Shown here: positions 57,568-64,000 of the stretch, piece after piece | How positions within the stretch are numbered: the first letter of the stretch is position 1 | Layout: the number at the start of each line of letters is the position of its first letter | Assembly (NCBI RefSeq): GCF_964204645.1 | Contig: NC_134033.1 | Coordinates: 10,362,655-10,426,654, forward strand | From: Tubulanus polymorphus | Lineage: Eukaryota > Animalia > Nemertea | Length of the DNA: 64,000 nucleotides | Reading direction: 5' to 3' | Made by a program: the position numbers and the translations under genes | The notes under the pieces: model-generated | Seen by the model: the letters and a program-made list of their open reading frames with translations, nothing else | Databases searched by the model: none | What the model was told of the DNA's origin: nothing

Positions 57568-58306
57568 GACTGGAAGTAGGTCACTTGATTACGTTATCAC
57601 TTACGTTATTAATCGTCGTGTATTTAAACTGCACTGATCTTTGATACATGAATTACACGTACGAATGCACAGTCGGTATAGACTCGGTAAGAGATTTCTC
57701 TGTGCCGATGTTGGTTGTTCTTGCTATAACTGATCGTTACGTTCCATATGACGCTGTCGATTTATTGCAGCTCATTGCGGCGGCAGCTCTGAAGCGGGGA
57801 AGGTGCAGTCAAAATGAAAATGATGGTACCGAAACTTCTGCCGTGCTACGTCAATCCCCAGTGTGTGGTTGCCATAAGAGCAATAATTGATTAATTAATT
57901 GATTGAATTATTCGTTGTTTTATTTATGGCATGGATATACTATCAAAATTAAAATAGCATTTTTGACGCATCAAACGACGCCTCAAATTCACTTATTCAA
58001 AATTTTATCTCATTTCATAATACATTTAATAAAGATCTATATGGTCCTGCGGGTTTCGGTCAAGGTTAGGTTGAGGGCTATGTGTAGGTAAAACATTCCA
58101 ACTGTATTTGGCTGCCTCGGTGGTGTAGCAGTGTCACTGGGCACTGGGCTAGTGCTTGCAGGCCTGAGTTCGAATACTTTTCTTTTCTCTCTGCTATATT
58201 TTCTCTACAGATTTTTTGAGTCGTGGGATAAGTGTGGGATTCTAATCAGAGCAAATTAGTAATTGGGAAAGTAGGCTTTCAGATCAGAGTACGAAGTACG
58301 AGACAC

Positions 58307-58369
58307 CACTCATCACCACAAGTAATTTTTTTCCTAACACTCATCACCACAAGTAATTTTTTTTCCTAA
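58307..58369 (+). repeat. Subterminal direct repeat, 2 x ~31 bp (CACTCATCACCACAAGTAATTTTTTTCCTAA)
   Basis: Direct reading; lies immediately upstream of the 58373 ATG. Confidence 0.9.
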
Positions 58370-58372
58370 TAA

Positions 58373-58699
58373 ATGGGAGATAGAAAAGCATTCTTAGCAA
58401 CAATAAATAACAGAATAAAACCAGCAAAAAAACAATTTGAAATAAAAAAGTTAGTTGATGTTACAAAAGAAATTGAACATAAAATATTGAAATTAGAAAA
58501 GATAAAAACTAAATATGGAGAGAAAGTATCAGCTAATTTAAGCTACTGTAATGTTAGTACATCGCGAGAATTTAAAGTGTTTTTACCTGATAAATGGGTT
58601 TCATTGAGTACGGAGGAATTGAAAGATTTAGTAGGATTTAAAATAATATATCATGGGAAAAATGAAGACGGTCATCATGATTTAGAAATTGTTGATTAA
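58373..58699 (+). CDS. Small basic protein (108 aa) at the element terminus; possible OB-fold/ssDNA-binding protein
   Basis: Intact ORF with TAAATG start. The pattern KKL...KI..L..I.TKYG..V...VFLP recalls small Polinton-associated proteins; the fold is inferred only. Confidence 0.6.
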   Translation: MGDRKAFLATINNRIKPAKKQFEIKKLVDVTKEIEHKILKLEKIKTKYGEKVSANLSYCNVSTSREFKVFLPDKWVSLSTEELKDLVGFKIIYHGKNEDGHHDLEIVD

Positions 58700-58878
58700 A
58701 TTTTAAAAAAAATAAATTAATAGAAATAATGAATATCTAGAATCCGAAATGACTTATCTGGACAATTTAATTGCTCCACATAGATGGTGCCATAAACAGC
58801 ACCCACACAGTGATAGACAAAAGTAGTGAGATATTCAATTAATTAAAAAAAATTATTTTTTTGCTTTTTTCTAAAATA

Positions 58879-59247
58879 TTAATCCATTTTTTTTATTATC
58901 AATTTTGGAATTTCAGAAGTATTTTCATTTTTGATAGCAGTTGTTTCAGAATTATTACTATCATGAATTTTATTTGATTTCTTATACCAATTACACCCAA
59001 TCAAAATGAATACAATTACAAATCCAACTGTAAAATATAGATATTTATCAAATATTCTACTATCAGAAGGAGTAGAAATAACAATATTTTCACCATTTTT
59101 ATTAACATTTTTATTACTTATTTTTTCTTTTACAGCTTTTTTATATTCTTGTGATTTAATTCCTAATTGTCGAGACCATTCAATTTGTTTCTGAGTTCTC
59201 GGTTTTTTCTTCACAGTTAATTCCTTCACTTCTTTCACTTCGCTCAT
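58879..59247 (-). CDS. Hypothetical single-pass membrane protein (122 aa)
   Basis: TAAATG start, basic N-terminus, hydrophobic segment YLYFTVGFVIVFILIGCNWY. Confidence 0.65.
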   Translation of the reverse strand: MSEVKEVKELTVKKKPRTQKQIEWSRQLGIKSQEYKKAVKEKISNKNVNKNGENIVISTPSDSRIFDKYLYFTVGFVIVFILIGCNWYKKSNKIHDSNNSETTAIKNENTSEIPKLIIKKMD

Positions 59248-59785
59248 TTATTATAGAAATATTTTTACTTTCAATATTTGAAAATGTTATAACCCCGGTT
59301 GATAATAATGTCATAAATCCACCTAATTGAAATGATAAATATCCAATCCACTTATTTAATTCAGTCATAACTAAATAATCATTTTTTAAATCGGAATATA
59401 ATCTATTTTCATCTTCAATTGGTAGTATATAATTACATAATTTACTATAACCTTTTACTACATTTTCTGATATCGCGTCATTAATTTTAGCTGTTCTCGC
59501 GGCTTCATAAATCTTAAATAATCTAATAATTTCAACTGATTTCATTGTATCTAATTCATTATAAGTTAAATTTTTATCAACAAATTTTTTACATTTTCCA
59601 GATGCTATTAATATTTCTAATTGATGTTTGCAATAAAGATAATATTCATAATTATTATTTGTTGTAACATTATTTAAAGCACCATCATCTGGAGTTAATT
59701 TTGTTTCTGTTATTCCTAAATCATCTAAAGTTTTTTCAATTGGAACATCACCATTTTTAGATTTTATTTTCTTTTCACCTCCCAT
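59180..59785 (-). CDS. Hypothetical protein (201 aa) with a C-terminal hydrophobic helix
   Basis: Intact ORF, TAAATG start, WIGYLSFQLGGFMTLLSTGVITF segment. Confidence 0.7.
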   Translation of the reverse strand: MGGEKKIKSKNGDVPIEKTLDDLGITETKLTPDDGALNNVTTNNNYEYYLYCKHQLEILIASGKCKKFVDKNLTYNELDTMKSVEIIRLFKIYEAARTAKINDAISENVVKGYSKLCNYILPIEDENRLYSDLKNDYLVMTELNKWIGYLSFQLGGFMTLLSTGVITFSNIESKNISIINERSERSEGINCEEKTENSETN

Positions 59786-59816
59786 TTATAAAACAAATAA
59801 ATTAGTTGTGTTGTTG

Positions 59817-60075
59817 CAACTAGAATTCAACTAGAATGTAATTAGAATTCAACTAGATTAACAAGCTAGTTGAAATATTGTTGTTTTTGTTTATTTCTTG
59901 TTAAATCTAGTTGATTTTTGTTCCAACTACTAACAACTAGAATTCAACTAGAATGTAACTAGAATTAAACTAGATTAACAAGCTAGTTAAAATATTGTTA
60001 AATCTATTTGATTTTTGTTACAACTACTAATAACTAGAATTCAACTAGAATTCAACTAGATTAACAAACTAATTG
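59817..60075. repeat. Intergenic tandem repeat built from CAACTAGAATT-like units in ~3 higher-order blocks
   Basis: AACTAGAATTCAACTAGAAT...AACTAGATTAACAA recurs at ~59818, ~59934 and ~60032. Confidence 0.85.
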
Positions 60076-60078
60076 AAT

Positions 60079-60687
60079 TTAAATAAATTCATATTTAAAT
60101 GGGTGTTGTAATCTAAATAGTAATTTTGATCTTTTAATATTTTTCAACTTATCCATATATTCATTATGTAAATCATGTGGAATAATATCATTTTCCTCAA
60201 GTGCATTTTTCATCGATTTTCTATCTTTATTGTGGAATAAAACTAGAAATCTAATGTTTTCTCTAAAGTCTTTAACAATTGAATTATATTTTTGATTTAA
60301 AACCCAAGTTGTTATCCCAAAATGTCTCCCAGAGAAAGCTAAATAACATAACTCACTTTCTCTAATTTTAGAATCATGTAAATTTGCGCAATCATCTATG
60401 ATAAATAATGTATTTGATCCTTTATAAATATCAATTGCTATTTTTATACAATTATCTAAATTTTCTTTTACTGTTTTAGGATCTAATATAATAAATTTAT
60501 TATTCCTAGTAATATTTCTATCATAAGTTTGATTAAATTCATATGTTGGACAAAATAATACTATATTATCAAAATAGTTTTCATAAACAGTTTCTAATAA
60601 ATATAATATAAAATAAGTTTTTCCACAATTTGTTACACCAGAAATTAACATATTATGAGGCTCAAATATAAATAATTCCTTATTCAT
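60079..60687 (-). CDS. A32/FtsK-HerA-type genome-packaging ATPase (202 aa)
   Basis: Walker A ISGVTNCGKT, Walker B LFIIDDC, and the GRHFGITTWVLNQ motif typical of A32-like ATPases. Confidence 0.88.
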   Translation of the reverse strand: MNKELFIFEPHNMLISGVTNCGKTYFILYLLETVYENYFDNIVLFCPTYEFNQTYDRNITRNNKFIILDPKTVKENLDNCIKIAIDIYKGSNTLFIIDDCANLHDSKIRESELCYLAFSGRHFGITTWVLNQKYNSIVKDFRENIRFLVLFHNKDRKSMKNALEENDIIPHDLHNEYMDKLKNIKRSKLLFRLQHPFKYEFI

Positions 60688-61815
60688 TTATATATTTTTA
60701 ATTTTACTTGATAATATCCATTCATTGAATTTATCTGGCCATCCAACCCATTTTACTAAAGAATATTTTTTTCTTTTAACAGTTTTTGTTTTTAGTACTT
60801 TTTCAATTTTATATTCTTGTTCTAGATTTTCAGTAGTTAAACTTAATTCTTCTTCATAAAAGTAGCCATCAACTTCTTCACCATTTAAATCTTCTAATTT
60901 ATAGACATATGGTTTTGTTGTTATTACCTTTTTTATTTTATATATTTCTCTAGTAAAATTTCGATCGCATCCTTTATCAAATATCTTTTTATACTTAGAA
61001 ATTCTAACATTTTGACCAACTTTAAATTTAGGTTCACCAAAATCATCTACAAGAAATGCTCCATATAAATTATTCCAAACAATTTCAGCATTTTCAGGTT
61101 TTCTAGCATCAATAGGTTTCATTCCAATAGAAGAATGATAAGAATTATTATATCCTTCTATCAATTTTGGCAAAACATCAATCCATTTAAAAGTATTATT
61201 TGCTGTAAAATATTTCCACATTCTTGTTCTTAATGTTCTATTAAATCGTTCAACAACTGCTGCTTTTTTATCTGATTTTGTTGAAAAATATTTAATATTA
61301 TGATTATCTAAGAGTTCATGAACAAGTGAATTATCAAACTCTTTTCCATCATCAAATTGTATTTTTTCTGGTTTTAGTTTATCATCCGAAAGAAATTTTC
61401 TTAAAACATTTGATGTTTGTACAGCATCTTTTCTATAAAGTGGGAAGCTCCATACATAACGACTAAAAATATCAATTATATTCAATAACCACCAATAATC
61501 ATCATTATCTTTCTTAACATTTTTCATATCAATTAAATCTCCTTGCCACTGTTGATCTACATAACTTACCATAGTTTTACGAGTTTTATATTTTCTAACA
61601 ATTTTTTTATGTGTTGTATATGTTGGTTGTTCTAACATAAATTCATTTATATCTTTATATTTAACTAAATTTTGTGGGATTATCTTATCTAATTTATCTT
61701 GTTTTACTTTACGCCATATATTTTTAGTAGAAGAATAAGCAACCGAACTCTCAGGGTTGTAATATAAATTTCTTAAATATTGTTCTTTAGTATTAGGAGT
61801 TTTTTTACCACTCAT
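60688..61815 (-). CDS. Polinton-type DDE (rve) integrase with C-terminal chromodomain (375 aa)
   Basis: WQGDLID, IDIFSRY, IQFDDGKEF, KAAVVERFNRTL, YNNSYHSSIGMKP, PKFKVGQNVRIS; chromodomain YKIEKVL...LVKWVGWPDKFNEWI. Confidence 0.95.
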   Translation of the reverse strand: MSGKKTPNTKEQYLRNLYYNPESSVAYSSTKNIWRKVKQDKLDKIIPQNLVKYKDINEFMLEQPTYTTHKKIVRKYKTRKTMVSYVDQQWQGDLIDMKNVKKDNDDYWWLLNIIDIFSRYVWSFPLYRKDAVQTSNVLRKFLSDDKLKPEKIQFDDGKEFDNSLVHELLDNHNIKYFSTKSDKKAAVVERFNRTLRTRMWKYFTANNTFKWIDVLPKLIEGYNNSYHSSIGMKPIDARKPENAEIVWNNLYGAFLVDDFGEPKFKVGQNVRISKYKKIFDKGCDRNFTREIYKIKKVITTKPYVYKLEDLNGEEVDGYFYEEELSLTTENLEQEYKIEKVLKTKTVKRKKYSLVKWVGWPDKFNEWILSSKIKNI

Positions 61816-61845
61816 TTATATATCCTTAATTTTAACTTTATATTT

Positions 61846-63093
61846 CTAATATTGAATACTATCTAATTGTGAATTTACAATATTTAATTGTGCGTCAGAT
61901 ATAATATAAATGTGCATTTTAAAATTTTTGATTCCTTTATTCTTTTTCATGAATAATTGTATTCCATCTTTAGTGTTCTGTAGTTTTTTTCCAGAACCAT
62001 GTAATAAGTTATCTTCAGTTGTTCTAAAATCTAACCATAATGCATATTTATTACCGGTATAATAATCAATTTGATTAATGTTACAATTTTCAGATGATTT
62101 CACTTTTTCATTCATAAAATGTTTTCTAATTTCTGGCCATTGATCAATCATTCTCATTCCTTGACAAAATATTTTATTCGCTATTCCTTCGATAGTTATT
62201 TCTACTTTTGTTATTTCAGGATTATAATAATTATCAACATTTATTGCACCATTAGAATATGTTGCAATAGTAAAAAATATTAATATACCTTTAATAGATC
62301 TTCTAGGAAAGTTAATATTCTCATTTATTATTTCATCATTTGCATTAATAGTTACAGTTTTAAATTTATCAATATAATCATATAATAATGAAAATCCTTG
62401 ATTGTATTGAGTTTGAATTGTGCTAGCAATATTTTCATTAGTTATTGTGTTATATTCTAAACATATATTCGATAATTTATAACTCATATCTTTAACAACG
62501 CTAGATAATACAATTTCATTTACAGGAGCAAATGTTATCTCAAATATAATATCTTCTTGAATTGCGTATTTATATAAAGGTGCATTATTATTTATCAATT
62601 CAAAGTCTAATGGAATTTTATATTTGCTTCCATAAATCTTTTTAATCAAATTATCTGTGGCACGAGTTACTACTGCATTATTGGCTTCAGATCTTAATTT
62701 ATTATGGTTTTCCGATTGGATGCCTTGAAATATCATATTATTTCTATTTTCTTTAGTTAACCATAAATCTTTATAATGCATAAATAAATTATAATCATCT
62801 AATGAGAAAACTGTTTCCGGACCAATCTTTATTGTTAACTTTTTAATCAAATATCTTCCAACATTATCAACAACATAATTGTTATCATGGCCAGTTACTT
62901 TTATATCGGCTGATAAATAAATACTGTTTGGAACATAAAAAGTATTTTGTGTTAATCGAGGGATTCTAACATATAAAGTTTCATCGGGATTAATATTTGA
63001 AGGGTTATGAGTAATTATATGATGTGATCTTTCTGCTTTAATAGCATTAGATATTCTATGATTCTTCGAAGGACTTATATAACTCCCACTCAT
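61846..63093 (-). CDS. Probable major capsid protein (double jelly-roll), 415 aa
   Basis: Size, beta-strand-rich pattern (IKKLTIKIG, ITKVEITIEG, ALWLDFRT, HIYIISDAQLNI) and position beside the integrase and ATPase; fold not verified. Confidence 0.6.
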   Translation of the reverse strand: MSGSYISPSKNHRISNAIKAERSHHIITHNPSNINPDETLYVRIPRLTQNTFYVPNSIYLSADIKVTGHDNNYVVDNVGRYLIKKLTIKIGPETVFSLDDYNLFMHYKDLWLTKENRNNMIFQGIQSENHNKLRSEANNAVVTRATDNLIKKIYGSKYKIPLDFELINNNAPLYKYAIQEDIIFEITFAPVNEIVLSSVVKDMSYKLSNICLEYNTITNENIASTIQTQYNQGFSLLYDYIDKFKTVTINANDEIINENINFPRRSIKGILIFFTIATYSNGAINVDNYYNPEITKVEITIEGIANKIFCQGMRMIDQWPEIRKHFMNEKVKSSENCNINQIDYYTGNKYALWLDFRTTEDNLLHGSGKKLQNTKDGIQLFMKKNKGIKNFKMHIYIISDAQLNIVNSQLDSIQY

Positions 63094-63137
63094 TTATTTA
63101 ACAAAAAAATTAATTATTTATTTTTTGATATCATGGT

Positions 63138-63932
63138 TTACTTGATATTTTTTGATATCATATTTACTAAACCAAAAATAATAGCACTTACAACTGTAAT
63201 TAAAAATAAAATAATATGTTCAGCAGCAAAGTTAATAATGTTTCCTGCAGATTTCAATATAAAACCAACAATTGAAGCAATAACTCCTGGTAAAGCTGCA
63301 GCAGATTTCTTTGATAGTTCCCATAAATATTTTGCTAATTTCTTTAAACCATCCTTAACTTTATCTTGTATAGAATTATTACCTGGAGGTTTATCTGGTT
63401 TGTTAGGAGTGGGAGTAGGAGTAGATTTCAAAGCATTTGATATAGCTAAACCTATTGTTGTAAATAACATAGTAACAGATGTTAGAATTGAAAGAATTGT
63501 TATTCCTTCTAATTTAAATAATAATTTTATTCTGTCTTTCAATGATATTTTAGAATCTGGTTTTATCAACAAATCTTTAAAAATAACTTTTAATCTATTA
63601 ATATTATAATCATATGATTTTAACAATAATTTAATTTCTTCTTTTTGTAATTCTATGTTATATTCTAAATCATCTTTTTCTTTTTCTAAACGTAATTCTT
63701 TTTGCCTATATTCTATTTCATCAATTACTTGATGATCTAAATCAGACTTTAATTGTTCTATTTCTTTATTTTTATCAGTTAATTCTTTTTCTAAAGTTCT
63801 AATTTTAAAATCTCTTATACTTTTATTATGTGCAATTTTATCAGATGCAAGTCTTATACTAATAATTTCTCTAATTGCTTTATCAGAAAATATATTTAAA
63901 TCTTCTAATTGTTGATTTGTCAAGTAATCCAT
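63138..63932 (-). CDS. Coiled-coil plus multi-helix membrane protein (264 aa)
   Basis: N-terminal heptad-like E/K/L region, hydrophobic GITILSILTSVTMLFTTIGLAI, Pro-rich linker, amphipathic GLKKLAKYLWELSKK, hydrophobic C-terminus. Confidence 0.75.
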   Translation of the reverse strand: MDYLTNQQLEDLNIFSDKAIREIISIRLASDKIAHNKSIRDFKIRTLEKELTDKNKEIEQLKSDLDHQVIDEIEYRQKELRLEKEKDDLEYNIELQKEEIKLLLKSYDYNINRLKVIFKDLLIKPDSKISLKDRIKLLFKLEGITILSILTSVTMLFTTIGLAISNALKSTPTPTPNKPDKPPGNNSIQDKVKDGLKKLAKYLWELSKKSAAALPGVIASIVGFILKSAGNIINFAAEHIILFLITVVSAIIFGLVNMISKNIK

Positions 63933-64000
63933 TTGGTAAAAGTTTTACAGTTTGAACTTTATTTGATTTAAGTTTACTATTTTTGGAAGTTATATTCTGT

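Larger units (their letters stand above)
50343..58175 (-). repeat. Arm 2 of the inverted segmental duplication
   Basis: Reverse-complement match to 8483-15339, interrupted by arm-specific insertions. Confidence 0.92.
58258..64000 (-). mobile_element. Polinton/Maverick-like endogenous DNA virus, left part; continues beyond the window
   Basis: Abrupt shift to very AT-rich, intronless, tightly packed ORFs including a chromodomain DDE integrase and an A32-like ATPase; candidate AGT terminus at 58258. No DNA polymerase is visible in this window. Confidence 0.88.

Noticed and set aside
63058-63609. 183-aa plus-strand ORF in the virus
   Set aside because: It is antisense to the 264-aa ORF, lacks an ATG/TAAATG start, and has no recognisable motif.
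58258-64000. Bacterial or phage contamination as an explanation of the AT-rich intronless block
   Set aside because: The chromodomain integrase is a eukaryotic Polinton feature, a decayed relative is embedded at 30-31 kb, and no Shine-Dalgarno pattern is evident.

Overview
Eukaryotic, intron-rich, repeat-dense DNA, probably from a marine invertebrate; the organism cannot be determined from this window. I reconstructed these host genes by hand from GT-AG splicing: a secreted F-type-lectin-domain gene running off the left edge, two near-identical MCT/SLC16-like MFS transporter genes on the arms of a large inverted duplication (~8.5-15.3 kb and ~50.3-58.2 kb), an almost intronless ATP-grasp ligase, a secreted protein with three CUB-like domains, and a membrane-anchored gamma-glutamyl hydrolase-like (peptidase C26) gene. 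Mobile DNA includes a defective Ty1/copia element (356-bp LTRs, PBS, PPT, 5-bp TSD) nested in a decayed LINE, a 5'-truncated LINE, a MULE with Ulp1-protease remnants, many MITEs, and Penelope-type remnants with minimal hammerhead ribozymes. From ~58258 to the right edge is an apparently intact AT-rich Polinton/Maverick-like endogenous virus with a chromodomain integrase, A32-type ATPase, probable major capsid protein and three predicted membrane proteins; an older decayed relative lies at ~30.0-31.1 kb. The most novel-looking observation is a 553-bp composite element (52814-53366) with a 6-bp TSD. It consists of two hairpin units whose ends resemble the virus terminus, flanking a truncated homolog of the virus's terminal gene, so it is a candidate satellite mobilised by the Polinton integrase. 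A tandem array of hammerhead-like units with a U3-A8 core variant lies in an intron of the CUB gene. All family assignments rest on motif recognition; no searches were run.
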